Below are positions 1 to 9,008 of a stretch of 64,000 nt of DNA, in pieces. The first letter of the stretch is position 1; each line of letters starts with the position of its first letter. A program made the translations under genes and the position numbers. The notes beneath the pieces are model-generated. The model saw only the letters and a program-made list of their open reading frames with translations. It ran no database searches and was not told the DNA's origin. This DNA is from Gemmatimonadota bacterium (GTDB taxonomy: Bacteria; Gemmatimonadota; Gemmatimonadetes; Palauibacterales; KS3-K002). The stretch lies in the NCBI GenBank assembly GCA_020344015.1, contig CP070812.1:4261489-4325488 (forward strand). The letters run 5' to 3'.

Positions 1-300
1 CTTCGAGACCTCCAACCCTTCGATACCCGCCTGATATGCCGCCGCGGCTCGCCGTACAACCCCCGGGCCCAGATCGATGAGGTACGGCGTGTCGTCCACG
101 ACGATGGCGACCGCTGAACCCGAGCGGTCGGGCTCGGCGTTCGGCGTGCCGGTCCCCAGCAGGACGACCTTTGTGCGCGCCGCCTGCTCGAGCTTCGCCG
201 GCGCGCGCTCCTCGTCGTCGGGCGAACTCGGACGACAGGCCGTAATGGTCGCCATTGCCAGCACGAGAGAGTAGCGAAGCGCGCTGCGGACTATCCTCAC
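1..300 (-). CDS. MBL-fold metallo-hydrolase, N-terminal fragment (gene runs off left edge of window)
   Basis: Minus-strand reading from GTG at 300..298 gives VRIVRSALRYSLVLAMATITACRPSS...KVVLLGTGTPNAEPDRSGSAVAIVVDDTPYLIDLGPGVV. This is a signal/lipoprotein-like N-terminus followed by the classic MBL beta-strand/Asp motif. A GAAGGGG Shine-Dalgarno sits about 8 nt upstream. The ORF is in frame to position 1 with no stop. It is absent from the ORF track because it is open-ended. Confidence 0.55.
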   Translation of the reverse strand, partial: MRIVRSALRYSLVLAMATITACRPSSPDDEERAPAKLEQAARTKVVLLGTGTPNAEPDRSGSAVAIVVDDTPYLIDLGPGVVRRAAAAYQAGIEGLEVSK

Positions 301-320
301 GCGTGCAACCCCTTCGTAAT

Positions 321-459
321 GGGAATTCGGCAATCCATGACTAATTGACTAATAGAACAACTGAGCATCTGAATTCGGAACCGGCTTTGCAGACACGTTC
401 CATATTCAAGTAGTCTATTAGTCTATTACTCAAGTAGTCATGGATTGCCGAATTCTCCC
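321..459. repeat. AT-rich palindromic element with 21-bp perfect terminal inverted repeats (MITE-like / long hairpin)
   Basis: The left arm GGGAATTCGGCAATCCATGACTA (321-343) is the exact reverse complement of the right arm TAGTCATGGATTGCCGAATTC (435-455). The arms extend imperfectly for about 15 more bp. Internal sub-repeats are TGACTAAT x2 and TAGTCTAT x2. The block is markedly AT-rich relative to its flanks. Confidence 0.6.
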
Positions 460-485
460 CGTTCTTCTTGTTCCCACTACAACAT

Positions 486-2057
486 CTACCGCCGCCGGTA
501 TTCTCCCCAGCTCCTCATCGGCGTCCGGCACTCGGGCCAGGTCATCTGCTCGCCCGTGCGTTGGCTCACCGGCAGCACGCGCTGGTCCCGCGGCATTAGC
601 TCGTCCTCCTCGGCGGCGAGGTAGGCGAGCATAGCGTACAGCGTCGCGTTGTTCTTGAGATCGTCCAGCACGATCTTGTCGAACGTGTCACGCTGTGTGT
701 GCCAGGTGTATGGGAAGTACGACCAGTTGAGCGACCCCAGGCCCATGGCGGGCCCGCCCGTGCACGCGAACGACGCGTGATCGCTGCCACCGCCACTCGG
801 TGTGCCGGGTACCGTGAGGTCGATGTGTCGCGAGATCTCCGTAGGTATCGCAGAAAGCCAGCGCCCGAGGTACTCACCGGAACGGGTCAGGCCGCCCCCG
901 CTGGCCCGCACGATCCGGCCGGTCCCGTTGTCCTGGTTGAGCAGGACCTGCAGCCCATCGACCACCTCGGGATGGTCGGCCACGAAGGCACGTGACCCGA
1001 TGAGCCCCTGCTCCTCAGCGCCCCACAGTCCGGCGATGATCGTGCGCTTCGGGTTGGGATAAACGGCCTTGAGGATCCGCATCGCCTCCATCATGATGAC
1101 GCTGCCCGTCCCGTTGTCGGTGGCACCCGAGCCGCCGTCCCAGGAGTCGAAGTGGGCCGAGAACACGACGTACTCGTCGGGCTTCTCGGTACCACGAATC
1201 TCGGCGATCGTGTTGAATATCGGCTCCTCACCATGGAACCGGGCATGTGCCTCGACCTCGAGCACCGGACCCTGATCGTGCTTGGCGAGGCGGTAAACGA
1301 GTCCGTAGTCCTCGCAGCTCAGTCCCAGCGACGGCCCCTCCTCGGTACTGGCGCTGAACACCCGGTGTACACCCCAACCGCCGGGCCAGCTGGTCGTCAG
1401 GATCCCGCTGACGCCCGCCTCCTCGAGAACGCCCGGAAGGCTACGCTGGTTGTAACCGGTGCGTTCGATCCGCGCCCGCCACTCGCGGCGCGCGGTGTCG
1501 CGCTCGGCCTGCATCCGCTCAAACGACGCGGCCGTTGCGTACTCTTCCCAGTTGTCGTTGGGACGACACGAGGGTTCGGGGTACGAAACGAGGACGAACT
1601 TGTTCCTCGCCTCGGGCAGCCAGGCCTGGAAGGCGGCCGAGTCCGCGACGTCGGGAAGGATCACTACCCCGGCCTTTACCTTTCCACGCGTGCCGGCGCT
1701 CCAGGCGAGCAACATCCCTTCCAGGGTGCGGACTCGGGGCTCGAGGAGATCGATGTGCGTGATCCCGCGCTCCCAATTCATCCACGTACCATACTGCTCG
1801 TTGCGCGCCTCGATGCCCCAGCTCTGGTACATCTGCACCGCCCATTGGTTTGCCGCCTTGTGGGCGGGTGACCCACTGAGCCGTGGGCCGATCGAGTCGA
1901 GCAGCGCCTGCGCCAGACTGTAGGTCTGCGAGTTCTCCGTCCCCTCCTCCCAGATGCGCTGGAGGACGGGGTCCTCAACCGGGAAGGTCTGGGCCGACGT
2001 CGTGGAAGCAACCGTGAACAGCGCGGCGACGAGCGTGAAACCGATCCTGATTCGCAT
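486..2057 (-). CDS. M28-family zinc aminopeptidase, secreted
   Basis: Internal start MRIRIGFTLVAALFTVASTTSAQ is a signal peptide with a GGAG RBS upstream. HFDSWDGGSGATDNGTG, EEQGLIGS and GGGSDHASF match the M28 metal-binding motifs. The ORF track start at 2192 is probably an upstream alternative start. Confidence 0.85.
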   Translation of the reverse strand: MRIRIGFTLVAALFTVASTTSAQTFPVEDPVLQRIWEEGTENSQTYSLAQALLDSIGPRLSGSPAHKAANQWAVQMYQSWGIEARNEQYGTWMNWERGITHIDLLEPRVRTLEGMLLAWSAGTRGKVKAGVVILPDVADSAAFQAWLPEARNKFVLVSYPEPSCRPNDNWEEYATAASFERMQAERDTARREWRARIERTGYNQRSLPGVLEEAGVSGILTTSWPGGWGVHRVFSASTEEGPSLGLSCEDYGLVYRLAKHDQGPVLEVEAHARFHGEEPIFNTIAEIRGTEKPDEYVVFSAHFDSWDGGSGATDNGTGSVIMMEAMRILKAVYPNPKRTIIAGLWGAEEQGLIGSRAFVADHPEVVDGLQVLLNQDNGTGRIVRASGGGLTRSGEYLGRWLSAIPTEISRHIDLTVPGTPSGGGSDHASFACTGGPAMGLGSLNWSYFPYTWHTQRDTFDKIVLDDLKNNATLYAMLAYLAAEEDELMPRDQRVLPVSQRTGEQMTWPECRTPMRSWGEYRRR

Positions 2058-2283
2058 GGTCGGATTCCTCCTGAAGCAGTACGTGTATCTTTGCGGCAAC
2101 CTTCCAGAGCGCCGGCTCCGGCGGCTGCGCAGATGGGGGCCCACGCCGAGTAGAGGGTGCGTAAGGATGGCCACTGGTCCCCCCGGCGACAAGATGCCCT
2201 GCCGTCCGCCCTGTCGGCGCTCTCAGGGCGACACTAGTTTGCTGCGTTCACCCGAGCACCCCAACCGGAGAAGGAGAACGACC

Positions 2284-2805
2284 GTGGCCATCAGAGAAGC
2301 TCTTTTGGTGGAACTGGCGATGGAGACCGCAGCGACGCGGAAGGTCTTGGAGCGGCTACCCGAGGACAAACTGGACTGGAAGCCGGCGGACAAGTCGATG
2401 ACGATGAGCCGTCTGGCAACGCACCTGGCCGAGATGCCCAGCTGGGGTGTCCACGCGCTGACGATGGACGAGCTGGACATCAATCCGCCGGGCGGCGAGC
2501 CGTACCAGCCCGTCGAGCTGGGCTCGGTCGCGGAGATCCTCGAGCTGTTCGACGCCAACGTCGCCAAGCTGCTCGCGACCCTCGAATCGACCAGCGACGA
2601 CGACTTCAAGAGGCCTTGGACGCTCAAGAACGCCGGCGTTGAGATCTTTACCGAGCCGAAGATCGGTGTGCTGCGCGGTATGGTGATGAACCATTCGATC
2701 CATCACCGCGGACAGCTCTCGGTCTTCCTGCGACTCAACGGGGTGCCGCTGCCGGCGATATACGGACCATCCGCCGACGAACAAATGACGGGAGGTTCCA
2801 GTTAG
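2284..2805 (+). CDS. DinB/YfiT-family (DinB_2) metal-dependent hydrolase-like protein
   Basis: GTG start is preceded by GGAGAAGGAG. The C-terminal MVMNHSIHHRGQLSVFLRLNGVPLPAIYGPS is the characteristic DinB-family His triad region. Confidence 0.8.
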   Translation: MAIREALLVELAMETAATRKVLERLPEDKLDWKPADKSMTMSRLATHLAEMPSWGVHALTMDELDINPPGGEPYQPVELGSVAEILELFDANVAKLLATLESTSDDDFKRPWTLKNAGVEIFTEPKIGVLRGMVMNHSIHHRGQLSVFLRLNGVPLPAIYGPSADEQMTGGSS

Positions 2806-2826
2806 GGACTTGGGGAAGTCCCTTGG
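2805..2826 (+). terminator. putative hairpin terminator after the DinB-family gene
   Basis: GGGACTT-GGGG-AAGTCCC forms a 7-bp stem with a 4-nt loop, followed by TTGGG. It overlaps the stop codon. The downstream U-tract is weak. Confidence 0.35.
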
Positions 2827-3012
2827 GAATCCTCGACTGTCGATTCGGGGACCAGTACAACAAGGGAGGTGGGGAAGTCAGAGATGACCCTGAGGGGGCG
2901 ACCTCTTCACTTCCCAACCTCCCCGATACCACGGATTCCACGGACTCCACGGATTCTCGGATCGACCTCCCGGCCTCGCTATTCGGGGATTCCCGGACGA
3001 CTTCGGACTATC

Positions 3013-3042
3013 CCAAAAAAAGCCCGGCTAACGCCGGGCTTT
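3013..3042 (-). terminator. intrinsic terminator of the rplU-rpmA operon
   Basis: On the minus strand, GCCCGGCGTTAGCCGGGC forms a 7-bp GC stem with a 4-nt loop, followed by TTTTTTTGGG. It lies about 20 nt after the rpmA stop. Confidence 0.6.
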
Positions 3043-3060
3043 CTCACGAATTCCCCAATC

Positions 3061-3315
3061 CTAGTTTTCGGGAACGACCGAGACGACCTTTCTTCCGCGG
3101 CTCGTTCCGAAAGTCACGTAGCCATCCGAGAGGGCGAACAATGTGTAGTCGGTGCCTTTGCCGACATTGTGGCCCGGATGGTACTTGGTGCCGCGCTGCC
3201 GCATGATGATGTTGCCGGCACGCACGAACTGCCCCCCGTACTTCTTGACGCCGAGGAACTTAGGGTTGCTGTCGCGGCCGTTCCGAGTCGAGCCGCCTGC
3301 CTTCTTATGAGCCAT
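3061..3315 (-). CDS. rpmA: 50S ribosomal protein L27
   Basis: [29 protein letters not shown] is the canonical L27 N-terminus. Length is 84 aa. Confidence 0.95.
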   Translation of the reverse strand: MAHKKAGGSTRNGRDSNPKFLGVKKYGGQFVRAGNIIMRQRGTKYHPGHNVGKGTDYTLFALSDGYVTFGTSRGRKVVSVVPEN

Positions 3316-3329
3316 GGGGTCCGGTCCCG

Positions 3330-3914
3330 CTAAGATTTCTTCTTCTTGGACTTCGTAGTGGTCTTGGCTTTGGCCTTGGTCGTCGTCTTCGACGTCGTCT
3401 TGGCCTTTGCCGTAGTCTTTTTCGCCGTCGTCTTCTTGGCCGTGGTCTTGGCCTTCGCCTTGGGAGCCGCCTTTTTCGCCGGCGCCTTCTTCGGCTTCGC
3501 CGCCGCCTTCGCCTGCGGCTCCTTCGCCTCCGCTTTCTTGGCCACCTTCTTCTTCGGAGCTGCCTTCTTCGGCTTCTCCAGGCTCACCCGCCGATCGCCG
3601 CCGAAGTCGATCTCGCTAACCCGCACCTCGGTGTAGTCCTGGCGGTGGCCCGTCTTGCTCCGCACGTTCTTGCGGCGCTTGAACTTGAAGACCACGACCT
3701 TGTCGGCCCGGCCGTGCCCCAGGACCTCGGCGCGCACCGCCGCCCCCTCCAGGGTCGGCCGCCCGATCAACACGTCGCCCTCCGTGGCGCCGAGCAGCAC
3801 CTCGTCGAAGGTGACGGTGTCGCCGGATTCGACGTCCAGCGACGGCAGCCGCAGCACGTCGCCGAGCTCAGCGCGGTACTGGAAGCCTGCGGCCTTGAAG
3901 ATGGCGTATGTCAC
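3330..3914 (-). CDS. rplU: 50S ribosomal protein L21 with long Lys/Ala-rich C-terminal extension
   Basis: [27 protein letters not shown] matches the L21 core for about 100 aa. It is followed by about 95 aa of [16 protein letters not shown]...[10 protein letters not shown], a histone H1-like tail. The gene sits immediately upstream of rpmA. Confidence 0.9.
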   Translation of the reverse strand: MTYAIFKAAGFQYRAELGDVLRLPSLDVESGDTVTFDEVLLGATEGDVLIGRPTLEGAAVRAEVLGHGRADKVVVFKFKRRKNVRSKTGHRQDYTEVRVSEIDFGGDRRVSLEKPKKAAPKKKVAKKAEAKEPQAKAAAKPKKAPAKKAAPKAKAKTTAKKTTAKKTTAKAKTTSKTTTKAKAKTTTKSKKKKS

Positions 3915-4245
3915 AACCGTGTTACCACGTGAAAGTTACCGATTTTGAGAACCTTATAGGCTATCCGCCCAAGCCACCCCTGTCAACCACGACCTGAGGC
4001 TGCCGCAACCCCTTCCCGCTCCTCGCCTTTGGTCCCATACCAGGACCCAAGTGCGATAGCCCCTGGTCGAGCCTCGACGGATCGGGTGCCCTCCAACAAG
4101 AGCGGCTCTTCTTGCCGAGCGCCCATCCGCCCGGCTGGGCTTGGAACTGTTTACACCCCATACGCGTTGAGGTTGACACAGCCGCGCGGCACAGCGTGCC
4201 GGTCGACCCAGTGTTCTTCGTCCACTGGCCCACCGGGAGAATACT

Positions 4246-5622
4246 ATGCCAGCCAACAACAACGTCGGAGCGTTCAAGGCGAGTCTGCACGGTGAGCTGA
4301 TCCAACCGAACGACGCGGGCTATGACGAGGCCCGCAAGATCTACAACGGCATGATAGACAAGCGGCCGCGCATGATCGCCTACTGCGCGGACGTGGAGGA
4401 CGTCCAGAGAGCGGTACGATTCGGCCGGGAGAACGAGATGCTGACGGCGATCCGCGGCGGCGGCCACAACGGCGGAGGCTTGGGTCTCTGCGATGACGGC
4501 CTCGTCGTCGACCTCTCGAAGATGAACGACGTAGCCATCGACTCCGAGGCCCGTACTGTGAGGGTGGGCGGCGGCTGCACCTGGAACGATGTGGACACGG
4601 CGACGCACGAGCACGGTTTGGCAGTCCCCGCCGGCACCATCTCCACTACAGGGGTCGCCGGCCTGACGCTGGGCGGCGGCGTCGGCCATCTGACCCGGAA
4701 GTACGGCCTCACCATCGACAACTTGCTCGCCGCTGACCTGGTGCTGGCCGATGGGAGCACGGTCACCGCCAGCGCAGAGGACAACGAGGAACTCTACTGG
4801 GCGATCCGCGGCGGCGGCGGCAACTTCGGCGTCGTCACGTCGTTCGTGTTCAGGGCGCATCCCGTACACACGAACTACGCCGGGCCGACGCTCTGGGAGC
4901 TCGACCAGGCGGCCGAGGTATTGAGTTGGTACCGTGAGTTCATATTGAAGGCACCGGAGGAGCTAGGCGGCTTCTTCGCTTTCCTCGTAGTCCCCGGACC
5001 TCCTTTCCCCGAACATCTGCACGGCAAGGCGATGTGCGGCGTCGTCTGGTGCTACACGGGTCCGATGGAGAAAGCCGAGGAGGTCTTCAAGCCGATTCGT
5101 GAGTTCGGGCCACCGGCCTTCGAGCACGTGGGACCGATGCCGCACCCGATGATGCAGAGCATGTTCGACGTCTTTTATCCGCCGGGGCTACAGTGGTACT
5201 GGCGGGCCGACTTTGTTAACGAGATCAGCGATCAGGCTATCGCCGAGCACGTGAGGTTCGGCTCCGACATCCCCACCGGGCACTCGACGATGCACATGTA
5301 TCCCATCGACGGGGCGGCCCACCGTATCAGCAACAGCGAAACGCCTTGGGCCTATCGCGAGAGCAACTGGGCTCAGGTAATCGTCGGTGTCGATCCGAAC
5401 CCGGCGAACAAAGGCAAGATCATCGACTGGACGAAGTCGTACTTTGACGCGCTCCACCCCCACTCGGCAGGCGGTGCGTACGTGAACTTCATGATGGACG
5501 AAGGACAGGAGCGCGTTAAGGCGACGTACCGTGACAACTATGCCCGGCTGGCCCGAATCAAGAAGCGGTACGATCCGGACAACTTCTTCCGGGTGAACCA
5601 GAACATCGAGCCAGCCGGCTGA
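4246..5622 (+). CDS. FAD-linked oxidoreductase (FAD_binding_4 / berberine-bridge-enzyme-like)
   Basis: RGGGHNGGG and GGGCTWNDV are FAD-binding PCMH motifs. C-terminal ...ARIKKRYDPDNFFRVNQNI is a BBE-like tail. Confidence 0.9.
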   Translation: MPANNNVGAFKASLHGELIQPNDAGYDEARKIYNGMIDKRPRMIAYCADVEDVQRAVRFGRENEMLTAIRGGGHNGGGLGLCDDGLVVDLSKMNDVAIDSEARTVRVGGGCTWNDVDTATHEHGLAVPAGTISTTGVAGLTLGGGVGHLTRKYGLTIDNLLAADLVLADGSTVTASAEDNEELYWAIRGGGGNFGVVTSFVFRAHPVHTNYAGPTLWELDQAAEVLSWYREFILKAPEELGGFFAFLVVPGPPFPEHLHGKAMCGVVWCYTGPMEKAEEVFKPIREFGPPAFEHVGPMPHPMMQSMFDVFYPPGLQWYWRADFVNEISDQAIAEHVRFGSDIPTGHSTMHMYPIDGAAHRISNSETPWAYRESNWAQVIVGVDPNPANKGKIIDWTKSYFDALHPHSAGGAYVNFMMDEGQERVKATYRDNYARLARIKKRYDPDNFFRVNQNIEPAG

Positions 5623-5642
5623 GGCGACGCCGGGGGGCGCAT

Positions 5643-7154
5643 TCAGGCCACGGCGTAACGCGACGTCACGTCCGTGTCGGCCGGACCGGCCAGGATACGG
5701 AACTCGTCCGCCCGCATCAGCGGGTCGTCGCGGACCTCGATGTCGACCCTGTACTCGGACTCGAGCCGCCGCAGCAGGTTCGGTTCCTCCTCCAGGATGT
5801 GGAGGGCCACTTCGGGGTGCAGGCGGATCACTAAACGCCTCTCCTCCCGCGCCGCCGCCACTCGGTGCACCGCGCGCTCGACCCGGCGAACCACGGTGGC
5901 CGGGGCAACGATGCGCCCGGCTCCCTCGCAGTAGGGGCACGGCCGGGTTACCGTATGGTAGACCGTCGGCCTCACACGCTGGCGGGTCATCTCGACCAAC
6001 CCCAGGTCGGAGATCGGGAACGCCTTGGTTCGCGCCCGGTCGCGGCCCAGGTGCATGCGCAGCTCTTGCATCACCCGATCGCGGTTCGCCTTGTCCTCCA
6101 TATCGATGAAGTCGACGACGATGATCCCGCCGATGTCACGCAGGCGCAGCTGCCGCGCGATCTCGCGAGCGGCGTCCAGATTGGTCCGCAGGATCGTCTT
6201 CTCGGGATCCTTCTTGCCCGTGTAGCGACCGGTGTTCACGTCGATCGCCACGAGGCCCTCCGTAGGCTCGATAATCACGTAGCCGCCCGACGGCAGCTCG
6301 ACCCGGCTCTCGAGCGAGCGGCGGATCTCCTCTTCGATCTCGTACTTGTCGAACAGTGGGACCGTGCCGTCGTAGAGGTTCACGCGGCGCATCAACTCGG
6401 GGTCCACTGCCTCGAGGTAGCCGCGGACCTCGTTGTAGATCTCCCGCGAGTCGACGATCAGCGCGTCGACCTTCTCGCTGAACAGGTCTCTGATGATACC
6501 GGCGGCGAGATGCGCCTCCTGATGAATCAGAGCGGGCGCCTGGGCTTGTGAGACGCGAGCCTCGATCTTCTTCCACGTCTTGCGCAACCCTTTCAGCTCG
6601 CGCTCCAGCGGCTTGCGGGCCGCGTCCTCACCCACCGTCCTGACGATGACGCCGCCCTGGCCGGTCTGTAAGACGTTGCGCATCACGCGGCGCAGGCGGG
6701 TCCGCTCGTCACGGTTCTCTATCTTGCGCGAGACGCCGATGTGCTCGCTGCGCGGCATGTAGACCAGATAGCGGCCGGGCAGCGATATCTGCGCGGTGAC
6801 GCGTGGCCCCTTCGTCCCGATCGGCTCCTTGGTGACCTGGACGAGAAGCTCCTCGCTCTTCTTGATCAGGGTCTGGATGGGCGGGTAGCGCTTGACGCCC
6901 TTCTCTTCTTCCGACGCCTCGGGGTCCTCATCGGCGAGGTCGGAGACGTGGAGAAAGGCGGCCTTCTCGGTCCCTATGTTGACGAAGGCGGCTTGTATGC
7001 CCGGTAGTACGCCCTCAACGCGCCCCAAGTAGATGTCGCCCACCATCCGCTGCGCGTCGGGGCGATCCAGCATCAACTCTACAAGGACGCTGTCCTCCAT
7101 GATCGCGACTCGCGTCTCGTGCGGAGCCGCGTTTATCAATATTTGCCTTTTCAT
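5643..7154 (-). CDS. rng: ribonuclease G (RNase E/G family)
   Basis: MKRQILINAAPHETRVAIMEDSVLVELMLDR opens with an S1 domain. DVNTGRYTGKKDPEKTILRTNLDAAREIARQLRLRDIGGIIVVDFIDM is the catalytic core, and CPYCEGAGRI is the Zn-link. Length is 503 aa. Confidence 0.9.
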   Translation of the reverse strand: MKRQILINAAPHETRVAIMEDSVLVELMLDRPDAQRMVGDIYLGRVEGVLPGIQAAFVNIGTEKAAFLHVSDLADEDPEASEEEKGVKRYPPIQTLIKKSEELLVQVTKEPIGTKGPRVTAQISLPGRYLVYMPRSEHIGVSRKIENRDERTRLRRVMRNVLQTGQGGVIVRTVGEDAARKPLERELKGLRKTWKKIEARVSQAQAPALIHQEAHLAAGIIRDLFSEKVDALIVDSREIYNEVRGYLEAVDPELMRRVNLYDGTVPLFDKYEIEEEIRRSLESRVELPSGGYVIIEPTEGLVAIDVNTGRYTGKKDPEKTILRTNLDAAREIARQLRLRDIGGIIVVDFIDMEDKANRDRVMQELRMHLGRDRARTKAFPISDLGLVEMTRQRVRPTVYHTVTRPCPYCEGAGRIVAPATVVRRVERAVHRVAAAREERRLVIRLHPEVALHILEEEPNLLRRLESEYRVDIEVRDDPLMRADEFRILAGPADTDVTSRYAVA

Positions 7155-7178
7155 TTGCTGCTAATCTGACTCCATTCA

Positions 7179-8435
7179 TTAGGCGTCCTCCTTCTCCGGC
7201 GTCGTTTCCGGACCGAGAAGGTGGCGCGCAATCACCATCCTCTGGACCTCGGAGGTTCCTTCTCCGATTTCCCCTATCTTGGCATCTCTCATTAGCCGTT
7301 CCACGCGGTATTCGGTCGTGTAACCGTACGCACCATGGAACTGCACAGCTTTTACCGTAGCCCAGTTGGCCAGCTCCGAGCAGTAGAGCTTCGCCATCGC
7401 CGCTTCCTTCGAATGCGGCTCGCCCGCTTGCCTCAAGTTCGCCGCATGATACGTCAGGTGCTTCCCCGCCTCGATACGGGTCAACCAGTCGGCGATCTCG
7501 AAGCGTATACCCTGGAAGTCGCAGATCCGCGTATTGAATTGCCTGCGCTCGCTGGTGAACTTGAGTGTCTGCTCCAGCGCACCCTCGGCGATGCCTAGCA
7601 GGTGCGCCGCCATCCCGATCCGCCCCCCGTCCAGCGTCTGCATGAAGTTCTTGAAACCGTGACCGCGTTCGCCCAGCATGTTCTCTTTGGGCACGATCGC
7701 GTCCTCGAAGATGAGCTCCGTCGTGTCCGAGGCGCGCCAGCCCAGCTTGTCCTCTTTCTTTCCGTGCGTGAAGCCCGGCGTGTACTCCAGGTCGACGGCG
7801 TGGCCTGTGCCTACCGCCAGCGCTTCCTCCAGATCCCGCGTCTCCTTCGTCAGGATGAACGAGCTGATTTCCTTCTGCCCGTTCGACCGCCGGCCCGTAA
7901 CCGCCGTGGCCACGAATATCTCCCCTACACCACCGTTGGTGATGAAGATCTTCGTCCCGTTCAGGACCCAGTGGTCGCTCTTTTCTTCCGCCCGGGTCTG
8001 CGTACCTTGGGCATCGGACCCCGCCTCCGGCTCCGTCAGCCCGAACGCTCCCAGAACTTCACCCCTGGCAAGCTTCGTCAGGTAACGTTGCTTCTGTTCC
8101 TCATTACCGAAGTAGTATATCGGGCTCGCCGCAAGCGAGATCGTCGCACCCACCGTGATCGCGTGGGAGGGACACACCTTCGCCAGCTCTTCGCTCACCA
8201 GCGCCGAGGCCAGCACATCCATCCCGGCGCCGTCGTACTCCTCCGGCCACGGAATGCCGAACAGCCCCAGCTCCGCCATCTTGGCGACGTTCCCCCAGGG
8301 GAACTTCCCCTCTCTGTCGAACTCACGGGCGACCGGCGCGATCTCGTTATCCGCAAACTCACGCACCATGTCGCGGAGCATGCGGTGCTCGTCGCTCAGA
8401 TAGTTGTCGTCAACGCTGCTCGTTAGCCCATGCAT
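7179..8435 (-). CDS. acyl-CoA dehydrogenase
   Basis: GAFGLTEPEAGSDAQ, FITNGGVGEIF and EIGEGTSEVQRMVIAR are ACAD signatures. Start taken at MHGLTSS; the ORF track extends to 8492. Confidence 0.88.
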   Translation of the reverse strand: MHGLTSSVDDNYLSDEHRMLRDMVREFADNEIAPVAREFDREGKFPWGNVAKMAELGLFGIPWPEEYDGAGMDVLASALVSEELAKVCPSHAITVGATISLAASPIYYFGNEEQKQRYLTKLARGEVLGAFGLTEPEAGSDAQGTQTRAEEKSDHWVLNGTKIFITNGGVGEIFVATAVTGRRSNGQKEISSFILTKETRDLEEALAVGTGHAVDLEYTPGFTHGKKEDKLGWRASDTTELIFEDAIVPKENMLGERGHGFKNFMQTLDGGRIGMAAHLLGIAEGALEQTLKFTSERRQFNTRICDFQGIRFEIADWLTRIEAGKHLTYHAANLRQAGEPHSKEAAMAKLYCSELANWATVKAVQFHGAYGYTTEYRVERLMRDAKIGEIGEGTSEVQRMVIARHLLGPETTPEKEDA

Positions 8436-8626
8436 GTCTGTCTCGCGCTCGCTTCGGAACCGCCCCGGGGCTTTAGGCCGGCCCGTTATCAACTACCAAT
8501 AATAACCGATAAGTATGTAAAGAAGTTGACCCTAATTCCAGTGGCCCGAACCCCGGAACGGCCCAAAGTCGTTGACGGACGAGGCCTCGAGCCCTTATCC
8601 TCCACCGATCTCAACGGAGGATCCGC

Positions 8627-8812
8627 ATGACGACAGGAGCCGACCTGGATCGTATTGACTGCCCCGGCTGCGGTGGAGGCTTCCGGATGGAGGAGCTTCT
8701 AGCGGTGAATGAAGTGAAGTGCCCTAACTGCGGCAAGGAATGGCAGGTAGCGGTTCAGGACGCACCCGGCGGCCGGTTCCTGGTCAATCTCGACCCGCCT
8801 CGGCCGACCTGA
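8627..8812 (+). CDS. small zinc-ribbon protein (two CxxC pairs)
   Basis: CPGC...CPNC spaced about 20 aa apart. A GGAGGA RBS sits 6 nt before the ATG. Length is 61 aa with no family recognised. Confidence 0.45.
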   Translation: MTTGADLDRIDCPGCGGGFRMEELLAVNEVKCPNCGKEWQVAVQDAPGGRFLVNLDPPRPT

Positions 8813-9008
8813 GCCAACCTCAACTCACCTGTCGTCTTCTCGCCAGAGCGTAGTGCCGCTTACGGAAAACGCCGCCTGGCTCCGGGCCCCCGACCACCCC
8901 ATGCCGTAGAGAGCGATGGGCATCCCAAGACCCGGTCATTGATCGGCCCTATGGTAGGCGGCATATTCCGGCGATCAAAACAGGAAACCACCCTTCGCGA
9001 ACGGGGTC

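Noticed and set aside
2930-2975. CACGGAYTC x3 nine-bp repeats downstream of the DinB-family gene
   Set aside because: Only three short copies in a non-coding stretch near the rpmA terminator. This is insufficient to call a functional repeat.
3961-4869. 302-aa minus-strand ORF overlapping the FAD-linked oxidase gene
   Set aside because: Arg/Ala/Gly-rich low-complexity translation typical of antisense frames in high-GC DNA. The opposite strand has a well-supported enzyme gene.
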